Notes: a model not told the origin generated them from the letters alone. A stretch of DNA of 64,000 nucleotides from an uncultured Alphaproteobacteria bacterium (GCA_944392295.1 CALXWE010000003.1:83502-147501), one strand, 5' to 3'. Counted from the first letter of the stretch, positions 29,636-38,273 are shown. Made by a program: numbers and translations.

Positions 29636-31459
29636 TTAAAAATTGCGTTTTAATCTGAGTACGGTTTCGGTAACATTTTTTCCGTAATTTTGTGTGTATG
29701 AAAAAGCCGCCTCCAGAGCCCAGTTGCGAGTTAAGAAATAATCTGCGGTTACATTCCACTTTAGTGTAGAGCCGATTTTGGAAGTTGCCCAAATTTTTTG
29801 TGCTTCAATCTGTAATGAAGCAACTTTAGACTTTATTAACACGCCTGGTTTAAGGCTTAAGCCCACCCACTGATTGCGCGGCAATGCTCCTCCGTAAGCC
29901 CCGTTTACCCCGGTTAAAGCATAAAGCCAAACATTATCACTTAAGGCATAAGTTCCACCGCCTTCAACAGCGGCACTAAAAGTATAATAGCTATCCTCAT
30001 CAGAAGGATTTAACTGACGCAAAACATCAACCGTTATCTGATAAGAGGGCGCGGCAAAAACTTCGTCTATCGGCGATAAAGATGTTAGCTGTAAAATATT
30101 GAGCCGTTGTAACACATAGTTATTTTTATCATCGTAATGCCGAAACGACATATCCAAAAAATTAATAGCCGCTCCCGGTAAAAAGCCGAAACTGCGGTCG
30201 ATTAAACTATGATACGCCGGACGCAGGCGAAGTTCTTCAAAAAACTTTCCATTATAAGTACCCAAACCTAGCGATATTTGTTTACTATCGTGAGAATATA
30301 CGGGATTTTCTCCCTCTTGCAATTCATTAAACTTTTGCCCGGCTTTAACCTGATTACGAGCTTTTAACAAGGCAAAACTTTTTTTACGATATTCGCTCAA
30401 ATCAATATCTTTGGCTACATATTGATATTGAATGTACTGATAAGCGGTTTCAAACACATCGGCTTGCTGTTCTTCGGGTAAAGATTTAGTAGATTGTAAA
30501 TTAAGTTGTATGGCATCTAAAAACGCCTGATACTGTTCATCAGACATCTGTTTCATGCGATATTTTATTTTACGCTGCCGTGAGGGACGATAATTGATGC
30601 TTTTTACCAACCCTTCCCTTTTATTAACTTCTTTAATGGTATCTAACGGAATAGTCTGCATGGGAAAACTTTGTGCCAACTTAAATTCGGGTTTTACGGC
30701 ATCAAAAACTTCCATAAGCATATATGAGCAATTTTGCGTAAAGAAATAATAAGGGGTTGTGGTTTGTCCCACTTCCCAAATATGCGCTACAAAGAAATCA
30801 AGTTCTTCGTTGCTAAGGTTTAAATTATATTCCCAGATATCGCGATTTTCGATATTGTTGTAAGTATTGATAATATCATAATAAGGTTTTACGGTAAAGC
30901 CGCCCGGATAAAAGCCGGCAAGCCCGTAGACCGCATACAAAAAGCTGTTTTCATAACCGTTGGTCCAGGCTCCGTAGTTAATACCGTGAGCCAAAAGCTG
31001 CGTACCTTTACGCGCGGTATCAACTCTTAACAGAGTGTGCCCAAACAAAGATGATGAATTATTCATATAAGCATCGGTAAACAACAAGGTAATACCCGAT
31101 GGTTGCAGGTCTTGTTTAAATTGCTCAAACTCCTGACAATGAGGAAACGGAGCATTGATAAGATTATTTTTTTCAAGCCATAAATAGCGAGCCGGAAACA
31201 AGCACTTGGTTTTATCGTCATTGGATTGAAAAAGGGCGATGGTAGCATCAAGTTCTTTGAGGGGATTCGTTTTACCGCAAGGGCTTAAATAAAAATTTTC
31301 CGAACCGACGGTAGATTCGTAACCGGTTAAGGTAGGCTGATAGTGCACCAAAGCCAGCCAAGAAGGAGAGTAAGCAAAAGCAGATAAATTGTTTGCATAA
31401 GCCGGCAAGACAAATAATGAAAACAACATTGATAAAAGGTATTTACGACAAACTCTCAT
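29636..31459 (-). CDS. DUF4105 (Lnb N-terminal periplasmic domain) protein with a C-terminal beta-barrel-like region
   Basis: Start set to MRVCRKYLLSML (signal peptide). ...SSLFGHTLLRV... motif typical of DUF4105. C-terminal residue F. Confidence 0.6.
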   Translation of the reverse strand: MRVCRKYLLSMLFSLFVLPAYANNLSAFAYSPSWLALVHYQPTLTGYESTVGSENFYLSPCGKTNPLKELDATIALFQSNDDKTKCLFPARYLWLEKNNLINAPFPHCQEFEQFKQDLQPSGITLLFTDAYMNNSSSLFGHTLLRVDTARKGTQLLAHGINYGAWTNGYENSFLYAVYGLAGFYPGGFTVKPYYDIINTYNNIENRDIWEYNLNLSNEELDFFVAHIWEVGQTTTPYYFFTQNCSYMLMEVFDAVKPEFKLAQSFPMQTIPLDTIKEVNKREGLVKSINYRPSRQRKIKYRMKQMSDEQYQAFLDAIQLNLQSTKSLPEEQQADVFETAYQYIQYQYVAKDIDLSEYRKKSFALLKARNQVKAGQKFNELQEGENPVYSHDSKQISLGLGTYNGKFFEELRLRPAYHSLIDRSFGFLPGAAINFLDMSFRHYDDKNNYVLQRLNILQLTSLSPIDEVFAAPSYQITVDVLRQLNPSDEDSYYTFSAAVEGGGTYALSDNVWLYALTGVNGAYGGALPRNQWVGLSLKPGVLIKSKVASLQIEAQKIWATSKIGSTLKWNVTADYFLTRNWALEAAFSYTQNYGKNVTETVLRLKRNF

Positions 31460-31528
31460 CTGTAGCCCTTCAAGATACAACAAACACGGTCTAATTGACC
31501 GTGTTTGTAAATAAAGCCAAACAAAAAA

Positions 31529-31984
31529 TTAAGCCTTCATAATTTGATAAAATTTCAAAGTAACATCAACGGCGTCAACATTTTCGTTCGGGAACAAAAC
31601 GGCAAAATTTTGATAAGTTTTTTCGGCAACCGTTTTTTCATCCATATTCATAATACCGGCAAGGGTTGTAATAGTTTCGCCCTGACCTGCAGCAGCATCC
31701 ATGGCAAACTGTTCCAAGTTATTTTCCAAAAAGGCGAGAACCATTTTTTGAGTTCCGCCGGTAACGCGTCCGTTCGGATCGCAACCGGAAGTACCGAAAG
31801 TAATACCAAAAGTTTGTGTACCGAAAGTACCGTTAGTGGTAACGGCGGCAACTTGAGGCAAAATACCGCTTTGACCGCGCCAAGCCATAGAGCCCAAACC
31901 GCAACCGGTACTATCAATGGCATGAGCCGGAGCCGTTAAAGCAACAGCACCCAACATCAAAGATGCAAATATAATTTTCTTCAT
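31529..31984 (-). CDS. DUF3015-like secreted protein
   Basis: Signal peptide. ...GCGLGSM.W....G...Q..A.TTNGT.G.QTFGITFGTSGC... pattern. Lies adjacent to the DUF4105 gene, as commonly seen. Confidence 0.6.
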   Translation of the reverse strand: MKKIIFASLMLGAVALTAPAHAIDSTGCGLGSMAWRGQSGILPQVAAVTTNGTFGTQTFGITFGTSGCDPNGRVTGGTQKMVLAFLENNLEQFAMDAAAGQGETITTLAGIMNMDEKTVAEKTYQNFAVLFPNENVDAVDVTLKFYQIMKA

Positions 31985-32186
31985 AAAATTTCTCCTTAAA
32001 GCGTATTATAAAATACTGTTTTTAGGATACCAGAGCTTAAACTAATGTATATATAAATTACGAGTTTTACACAAGAAAGAAAACACTTGATTTAAAAATT
32101 TTAAGCGATATAATGGCGGCATATATTAAGTATGGCTGTGATGACCTATGGTTTATCGCAGTCTAATTTTTTGATTTAAAAAATAT

Positions 32187-32219
32187 ATTACCTTCTTTAA
32201 TTTGGAGGGTAATTTTTTA
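32187..32219 (+). promoter_or_regulatory. Leader hairpin plus T-run (attenuator-like) just upstream of greA
   Basis: attaccttc (32187-32195) pairs with ggagggtaat (32205-32213), followed by ttttt. This lies between a TTGATT..TATAAT promoter-like sequence (~32088-32122) and the greA RBS. Confidence 0.5.
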
Positions 32220-32234
32220 TAAGGAGAAAAAGAA

Positions 32235-32708
32235 ATGGATAAGTTCCCGTTAACTAAAAAAGGTTATTTGCAGCTTGAACAAGAATTAAAAAATCTTAAA
32301 GGCATAGAACGTCCTAACATCATTGCTGCCATTGCTGAAGCTCGCTCACATGGAGACTTATCTGAGAATGCGGAATACTCTGCCGCTAAAGAAAAGCAGA
32401 GCTTTATCGAAGGACGTATTCAAGAATTGGAAGCCGTTGTAAGTCGAGCTCAGGTAATTGATCCTCAAACCGTAAAAGGAGACGTTGTACGTTTTGGTGC
32501 TACCGTTTTGGTAGTTGATGAAGATACCGACACCGAAACCAAATATCAAATTGTCGGCGATTATGAAGCCGATATTGAAAAGAATTTAATTTCCGTATCT
32601 TCCCCCTTGGCTAAAGCCTTAATCGGCAAAGAAGTCGGTGATATTGCCGAATACATGGCTCCCGGTGGTAAAAAATCTTTTGAAATTTTGGATGTTCAAT
32701 ATATCTAA
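32235..32708 (+). CDS. greA: Transcription elongation factor GreA
   Basis: 157 aa. ...PLT..G...L..EL..LK...RP.I...I..AR..GDLSENAEY.AAKE.Q... signature. Confidence 0.95.
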   Translation: MDKFPLTKKGYLQLEQELKNLKGIERPNIIAAIAEARSHGDLSENAEYSAAKEKQSFIEGRIQELEAVVSRAQVIDPQTVKGDVVRFGATVLVVDEDTDTETKYQIVGDYEADIEKNLISVSSPLAKALIGKEVGDIAEYMAPGGKKSFEILDVQYI

Positions 32709-32740
32709 TTAAAAAATCCGGTCATAATAGACCGGATTTT

Positions 32741-33241
32741 TTATACTCTTTCTTGAAACATATCACACATCTTTTGACAACTTCGCTTAAATAGCTCCAC
32801 ATTATTAAACTGCTCTTTGGCTTTAATTAAAACGTTTTGCCATATTTTGCCATCTTCTTCCTCAAAGGCTGAAAGATAAAACTCCGGATAGATATTATCT
32901 ATTAAACATTTCTCCGACGGAGGTAAAGCCGAAACCAAAATTCCGCTTTTAGGAAGACATTCTCCTTCCACATTACTTTCTTCAGTCATACTTTGATAAC
33001 AGTTGCGTACATAATGTTCAAAAAAACGCAAAAAATTATCATGATATTCGTGCCATAATTGCAAATTATTTCCGCTAGGAGTTGTAAGAGTATACACTGC
33101 AACCAGATTCTCAGGCATCTCATTAATGTGCCGCTTTAAAGCCGAAACTAAAATATGTATCATTGCCGGATAAAACAACAAATTATGTTGTTTGACCTTT
33201 GCCACCAAATGACTGACATCAATTTTGATACTATAATCCAT
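32741..33241 (-). CDS. Chloramphenicol-acetyltransferase-fold protein, N-terminally short and lacking the catalytic HHAVCDG motif
   Basis: SIKIDVSHLVAKVKQHNLLFYPAMIHILVSAL aligns by eye with CAT ...KIDIT.L.K.......FYP..IY.I..A.... The position of HHAVCDGFH reads KEQFNNVEL. Confidence 0.5.
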   Translation of the reverse strand: MDYSIKIDVSHLVAKVKQHNLLFYPAMIHILVSALKRHINEMPENLVAVYTLTTPSGNNLQLWHEYHDNFLRFFEHYVRNCYQSMTEESNVEGECLPKSGILVSALPPSEKCLIDNIYPEFYLSAFEEEDGKIWQNVLIKAKEQFNNVELFKRSCQKMCDMFQERV

Positions 33242-33372
33242 ACTGTTGTCTCCTCAAATGCACACACATCTAATATATACTTATTTATGCAATTTCTCAA
33301 GTAAAAGACACGGAATTTACATTTATTTAAATATATGTACATAGAATAAAGTTCAAAATAAGGACAATACTA

Positions 33373-34614
33373 ATGCCTCACGGAAATCAAATTTTAATTC
33401 GCCCTTTGGGTATAGATAAACTCAACAAACAAGATAAAATCATTGGTTTTTCTTATGTCTGTAATCGTTGGCATCCTAAACGGCGCAAAGCTTTTGTATA
33501 TCTAAACTATAACAGTGATAAAAAAGAAGAAACCTATAAAGTGGTAATCGGTAAACACAAAGTTATAGGCTATTGTATTTTACATCGCCTCAAAAAAGAA
33601 CTGCATATACCTTTACTTGGAAGCCTCGACCGAAGATACCATCTTGGAAAAATTTTAGCTGATATTGCTTTTTGGCGATTACTGAATTTAAATATGGATA
33701 AATTATGTTTAACATCAAGTTGGAACAGTCTGTTATATTATTTATCTTTAGGTTTTGATATAAAAGATCAATATGCCATAAACGGTCAAGATTACGATGC
33801 CATATTATCGGTAAAAGATTTAGCATTAGCTCAAGAGCTTGGAAGCATTACAATGTATTTGCCGGAAGAGATATTAAAAGAAAAATATGAGCAAATAGAG
33901 CAGCCCTTGTTAGACTCAAAATTAATGCGCCATAAAACGATTGATGTCGGAAACATACAATTATTAAACAAAGTCGACAATAAATATACCAACATTAAAA
34001 TCAGCAAAGAATTTATTGCCAAAGGCGTAGATAAGTTTAGTTTAATTCGTAAAAAAGATTCGCAAGTACTGGGAATAATAGTTTTAAATTATTTCAAGTG
34101 GCACACTCTCAGCAATGGTAAGCGCTACTATGGAAACATTTATGGAGCTTATCCGAGTTGGTCTATTTTTTACAATTACGGGAGCAAAGAAAAAGGTGTT
34201 AATAAAACATTTGCCGAATTCTGGTCGATTATCGATTCTAAAGAGTACGAGTATGAAGAAATATTAAACATTTTATTTCAAATAGCCTTAGAAGCCGGCA
34301 AATATAATAAATGCCCACGTTTGCAAATAGAAGCCGATTGGGACGAATACTTATCTGTTTTTGATTACGGATTTAAGTGTCAAGATTTCAATCATCCTAA
34401 AACGGCTCAACAAATCACCAAAATCATAAAACAAGACACAAAATCCTTTGCGGAAAACAGCACTCCTATCAATTTAAACAAATTCGGCAGTGTTGAGCTG
34501 TTTTTAAGTAAAGAAAAAGTACAACAAAAAAGAGATAAATTACCATACTTTAATTTATCTCTTAATTTATACCAACGTATTATGTTAAAGCTTCGTTATT
34601 TTCTAGGATTCTGA
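33373..34614 (+). CDS. Hypothetical 413-aa protein with two GNAT-like halves
   Basis: ...VIGYCILHR...LLGSLDRRYHLGKILADIAF...LCLTSSWNSLLYYLSLGFD fits the GNAT beta4-alpha3...beta5-alpha4 pattern. The second half has ...LGIIVLNYF... / ...LQIEADWDEYLSVFDYGFK. Confidence 0.45.
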   Translation: MPHGNQILIRPLGIDKLNKQDKIIGFSYVCNRWHPKRRKAFVYLNYNSDKKEETYKVVIGKHKVIGYCILHRLKKELHIPLLGSLDRRYHLGKILADIAFWRLLNLNMDKLCLTSSWNSLLYYLSLGFDIKDQYAINGQDYDAILSVKDLALAQELGSITMYLPEEILKEKYEQIEQPLLDSKLMRHKTIDVGNIQLLNKVDNKYTNIKISKEFIAKGVDKFSLIRKKDSQVLGIIVLNYFKWHTLSNGKRYYGNIYGAYPSWSIFYNYGSKEKGVNKTFAEFWSIIDSKEYEYEEILNILFQIALEAGKYNKCPRLQIEADWDEYLSVFDYGFKCQDFNHPKTAQQITKIIKQDTKSFAENSTPINLNKFGSVELFLSKEKVQQKRDKLPYFNLSLNLYQRIMLKLRYFLGF

Positions 34615-35325
34615 TTGAGGTTGTTTTAATTTTTTTACAACTGCAAACTGGGTAAGCAGCATAATAACAAAGAACAAAAAGACATTAATATGCAGCCCCA
34701 ATAAAGTTAAAACAAACGACAATGCATATACGGCAATAAGCACCACGCTACTCAAGCGCATTCTGGTATCAAAGCTTAACGAAGTTTTATTTAGTTTAGT
34801 TGCCAAAGCTGCGCAATAAGCATAAAATATGGCTAAAATAAAATACATTAAGAAAAACACCAAAATACCAACCGCGGCTATGCCCATAACTATCCATTTA
34901 ACAGCGGCATTAAGTATTGGTTTATAATCTTGTTTAGGTAAATCAAACGAAGATGAAAGTTTGGTAGTTTTAACCTGATTATCATTTACGGTATAGGCAT
35001 ATAAACGGCTAAAATAAACACCATTGGTAAGTTTCGTTGTATCTAAAGTATCTTGGGTAGTATCAAGTACAAAAGAATAAGTATCTTGAGCAGTATCACC
35101 GGTTAAAGTAAGTTCACGCACAGTATTCTCCGGACTGACAATTTTCCCATCTTTGACCGATACCGGCAAAAGTTCATCGGCAACATGTTGAACATAAGGG
35201 ACAGAATCAAACATAAAGCCTCTGGCCATTAATGACAAATAAAGCGTATAGACAAAGGCCATCAACAAAAGCCAAATAGCTCCTGTTCCCTTGCCGTTGG
35301 CTATATAATTTAAAATTTTACTCAT
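34603..35325 (-). CDS. Integral membrane protein (240 aa)
   Basis: Start set to MSKILNYIANG (GGAGA RBS). One N-terminal and several C-terminal TM helices around a soluble loop. Confidence 0.55.
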   Translation of the reverse strand: MSKILNYIANGKGTGAIWLLLMAFVYTLYLSLMARGFMFDSVPYVQHVADELLPVSVKDGKIVSPENTVRELTLTGDTAQDTYSFVLDTTQDTLDTTKLTNGVYFSRLYAYTVNDNQVKTTKLSSSFDLPKQDYKPILNAAVKWIVMGIAAVGILVFFLMYFILAIFYAYCAALATKLNKTSLSFDTRMRLSSVVLIAVYALSFVLTLLGLHINVFLFFVIMLLTQFAVVKKLKQPQSES

Positions 35326-35594
35326 AGTTATCTCCATTAAACAACAGATTCGTCGTAACGAAATAGATTGTAACAGATTCGTAAAAAAAAGAAACAACAA
35401 AGTAAAAAGGTTGAAAAAACAATACTAAAAGGTGTTAAGAACTGTGGAAAACCGGCAAAAAAGAGTAAAAAAAGAACATTTTCTGGAAAAAAGTCATTTT
35501 TTTGTTTGACTTAAGCAAAAAACGTGTTTCAATTTAGGTGTGATAAGCAGTAATGCTCACAATTGGTTAAACTTTTTTAGAGGGAGTCCTCACC

Positions 35595-35870
35595 GTGAAT
35601 AAAAATGAACTCATTGCTAGCGTAGCTAGTGCAACAGGTCTTACCAAAACTGATGCAGCTAAGGCTGTTGATGCTTTTGTAGCTTCTGTAACAACTGCTT
35701 TGAAGAAAGGCGACGAAGTTCGCTTGGTTGGTTTCGGTACATTTGCCGTAGCTAAGCGTGCTGCAACAACCGGCCGCAACCCCCGTACAGGTGCTGAAAT
35801 CAAGATTGCTGCTCGTAAGCAAGCTAAATTCAAAGCTGGTAAAGCTCTTCAAGAAGCTGTAAACAAATAA
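35595..35870 (+). CDS. hupB: DNA-binding protein HU
   Basis: GTG start. MNKNELIA.VA...GL.K.DA.KAVDAF...VT.AL..GD.V.LVGFGTF.V..RAA..GRNP.TG..I.I.A. Terminator at 35891-35919. Confidence 0.93.
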   Translation: MNKNELIASVASATGLTKTDAAKAVDAFVASVTTALKKGDEVRLVGFGTFAVAKRAATTGRNPRTGAEIKIAARKQAKFKAGKALQEAVNK

Positions 35871-36039
35871 TTTACAGTTTTTCTTTTATAAATAAGGCGG
35901 TTTTCCGCCTTATTTTTTGCAAAAAAATTAATGTATAAACAATAAGATATAAAAAAGTTTGGAAAAAAATCAAAAAAAATAAAAATTTTACTTGATTTAT
36001 AAAAAAATATTAGCTATAAGACAATGCAGTTGGTGAGAC

Positions 36040-36115
36040 GGGCGCTTAGCTCAGCTGGAAGAGCATCTCGTTTACACCGAGAGGGTCGGGAGTTCGAACC
36101 TCTCAGCGCCCACCA
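36040..36115 (+). tRNA. tRNA-Val (anticodon UAC)
   Basis: Cloverleaf: acceptor GGGCGCT/AGCGCCC, anticodon loop TTTACAC, T-loop TTCGAAC, encoded CCA. Confidence 0.92.
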
Positions 36116-36158
36116 ATCAAGAAAGCTTTCAAGAACAACTTGAGAGCTTTTTTTGTAT
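36105..36158 (+). repeat. 54-bp direct repeat, copy 1 (last 11 nt of tRNA-Val plus its terminator)
   Basis: agcgcccaccaatcaagaaagctttcaagaacaacttgagagctttttttgtat is identical to 36365-36418. Confidence 0.95.
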
Positions 36159-36364
36159 CTGCATTATTTAGGTTCTCACTCCCTTCGGGAGTTCTTCTGG
36201 CTCCTAACCTCAGAGTTTTATAAAACTCTGAGATAACTCGCTGCGGTCACTCGTTTTGTAACTTTCGCTCATAAAGATTTATCTTTAATCGCTCAATAAC
36301 AAAACTTCGCCACTTGTGGTAAAAAACACCGGAGCATCGGTGTTTTTTATCCTCGTGCCTCTTA

Positions 36365-36418
36365 AGCGCCCACCAATCAAGAAAGCTTTCAAGAACAACT
36401 TGAGAGCTTTTTTTGTAT
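36365..36418 (+). repeat. 54-bp direct repeat, copy 2 (att-like duplicate of the tRNA-Val 3' end)
   Basis: Perfect copy of 36105-36158, separated from it by a 206-bp hairpin-rich segment. Confidence 0.95.
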
Positions 36419-36463
36419 GAACTCTAAAAAAGAAAAAGTTAACTCTTAAAACTTAACAGCGCA

Positions 36464-37009
36464 TCAATCTGCCTTCACGGATTCTTTAATTTTTTTTATC
36501 ATCCATTCATCAGATTTTTCTTGTTTGTTTTCTTGCCACAATTCATTAAAACGATTATGGTAATCTATTACAACTTGATTTTGCTCCAAAATAAACAAAC
36601 AGTTCTCGCTATTCTTATCTGTCGCCGAATTCGTCCAGTTATAAGAACCGGTAACAACCTTATTTCCATCGAAAACGGCAAATTTATTATGCTCCAATTT
36701 ATGTGCCGAATTAACTTTAATATTCAAACCTGCCTGATACATATCAATTGTCTTTGATGATTTCTGCCCTGATGACATTTTATCGGTAAGTATACGAACC
36801 TTAACCCCTCGCCGATGAGCATCCTTAAGCGCCTTAACAATATTATCGTTATTAATGGAAAATACCGCTACATCTATGGAATTTTTTGCTTCATCTATCA
36901 AATCAGCAATCTTTTGCTCACAACTTAAAGACGGAGTAAAATTAACTTCAAACTGCGCATACACCGGCCAACTTATTAACATAAACAAGACATATATTCG
37001 CCAAAACAT
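36464..37009 (-). CDS. Secreted PLD-superfamily Nuc-like endonuclease
   Basis: 181 aa. Signal peptide ...WPVYAQ. Single HKD motif HNKFAVFDGNKVVTGSYNWTNSA (HxK-x4-D-x6-GSxN). Confidence 0.85.
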   Translation of the reverse strand: MFWRIYVLFMLISWPVYAQFEVNFTPSLSCEQKIADLIDEAKNSIDVAVFSINNDNIVKALKDAHRRGVKVRILTDKMSSGQKSSKTIDMYQAGLNIKVNSAHKLEHNKFAVFDGNKVVTGSYNWTNSATDKNSENCLFILEQNQVVIDYHNRFNELWQENKQEKSDEWMIKKIKESVKAD

Positions 37010-37332
37010 GATTATATCCTTTTCCGAACCTACACATTAAAAGAGGTGTTTAAGGATATAAGCCCGATTATTATAAAACCAAGTTGGAATATAAATTTTT
37101 AAAATAAAAAAATCGGAAGTAAGTTACTACCCGAAGGTAGTGCGACATATTCAGCCCTTAAAACCCTATTCTGCCGCCTTCCGATTAATGCCTTTATTGA
37201 TTTGGAGGTCACATATTACATATGTCCTACACACATAAGCCTACAGCAAACAATATAAAAGTCAAACTAAAAATGACATTTTTACTGCAAATTAAGCTTG
37301 CATATTTTACCGATTTTTCATATACTCTGCCT

Positions 37333-37717
37333 TGCCGAGCAATCGGCTATGGTACTAGAAGCGGTATGGAATAGGTTTTCAAGACCCGAGGGCAGTACTC
37401 GGCACCTCCACCATTTTATGCTTTGCTGCGAAGTTGTTTTTGAAGCTATTTGCAAAAAAATACAAAACAACGAGCATGAAAGCGTTTATATACACTTTTA
37501 AGGGGGTGAAATAGGCTTGATTGGAAATAGTAAAGATACTTGGCTGTACTCGGCAAGACACCACCGTTATCGGTTCAAATCAAATGAATGCAAATGATAA
37601 TTTTGCACCTGTTGCCGTAGCTGCTTAATTTAGGCAAAAGCAACAAACTTAAATTCTTTTAACCTTTGGTTTGTTAAAAGTGGGGTTGGCCGCCTAGCAA
37701 CAGAAAGGCCTTTTTTT
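37333..37717 (+). ncRNA. ssrA: Two-piece (circularly permuted) tmRNA gene. Acceptor piece ends at CCA 37411-37413. Coding piece starts at GGGGGTG 37502.
   Basis: Promoter-like TTGCAT-17-TATACT at 37298-37326. ...CACCTCC-A-CCA (37403-37413) can pair with GGGGGTG (37502-37508). Tag ORF GCA AAT GAT AAT TTT GCA CCT GTT GCC GTA GCT GCT TAA (37590-37628) encodes ANDNFAPVAVAA. Terminal hairpin plus T-run at ~37688-37717. The outer ends are approximate. Confidence 0.8.
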
Positions 37718-37804
37718 ATAAGCTCTTTTGCAAACCTTGCTTGAAATTTAAATATTTGTATCTATAATGCTTCAATAAAAAATCGTATTTAATAAGGAAT
37801 AACA

Positions 37805-38272
37805 ATGTCAGAATGGCTCGATGAAATCGATTATGATAAATTAATCAACAAACATTTACGCGGTGTAGTGGTTGACGCTTTAAAAATTGCTCAAGATCAA
37901 GGTCTTCCCGGGGAAAATCATTTCTATATTACTTTTAAAACTGACTTTCCGGGAACTGAAGTTCCTGAAATGCTTAAAATTCAGTACCCTGATACCATGA
38001 CCATTGTATTACAACATCAGTTTTCCGACCTTAGCGTTAATGACGACAATTTTTCCGTTGTCTTAACTTTCGGCGGAATTCCGCACACTTTGGTTATTCC
38101 GTTTAATTCCATAACCTATTTTGCCGATCCTTACGCTAAATTCGGCTTAAGTTTTAATATGGAAGATAATAACGATGCCGCCAAACTGGAAAAGCTTGAA
38201 AAAGAAATGCAACAAAATACTCAAGCTGTTCCTGCCGAAGTAATCTCAATTGACAGTTTTCGTAAAAAATAA
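37805..38272 (+). CDS. sspB: ClpXP adaptor SspB (alphaproteobacterial type)
   Basis: ...LRGVV.DALK.A...GLPGENHFYITFKT...G..VP..L...YPD.MTIVLQHQF.DL.V....FSV.L.FGG.... and C-terminal ClpX-binding-like VISIDSFRKK, collinear with Caulobacter SspB-alpha. Confidence 0.88.
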   Translation: MSEWLDEIDYDKLINKHLRGVVVDALKIAQDQGLPGENHFYITFKTDFPGTEVPEMLKIQYPDTMTIVLQHQFSDLSVNDDNFSVVLTFGGIPHTLVIPFNSITYFADPYAKFGLSFNMEDNNDAAKLEKLEKEMQQNTQAVPAEVISIDSFRKK

Positions 38273-38273
38273 A

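Noticed and set aside
35567-35852. Two minus-strand ORFs opposite hupB
   Set aside because: They are antisense to a textbook HU gene, with no signals of their own.
37112-37186. Nested hairpin (atcggaag...cttccgat enclosing ctacc-cgaa-ggtag). The minus-strand stretch cggaaggcggcag resembles the SRP RNA domain IV core CCGGAAGGAAGCAGC.
   Set aside because: The GGAA is not at a hairpin apex, and the flanking conserved GGUCAGG-type sequence and symmetric loop are missing. It is probably promoter or leader structure between the PLD gene and ssrA. A covariance-model scan (RF00169) would settle it.
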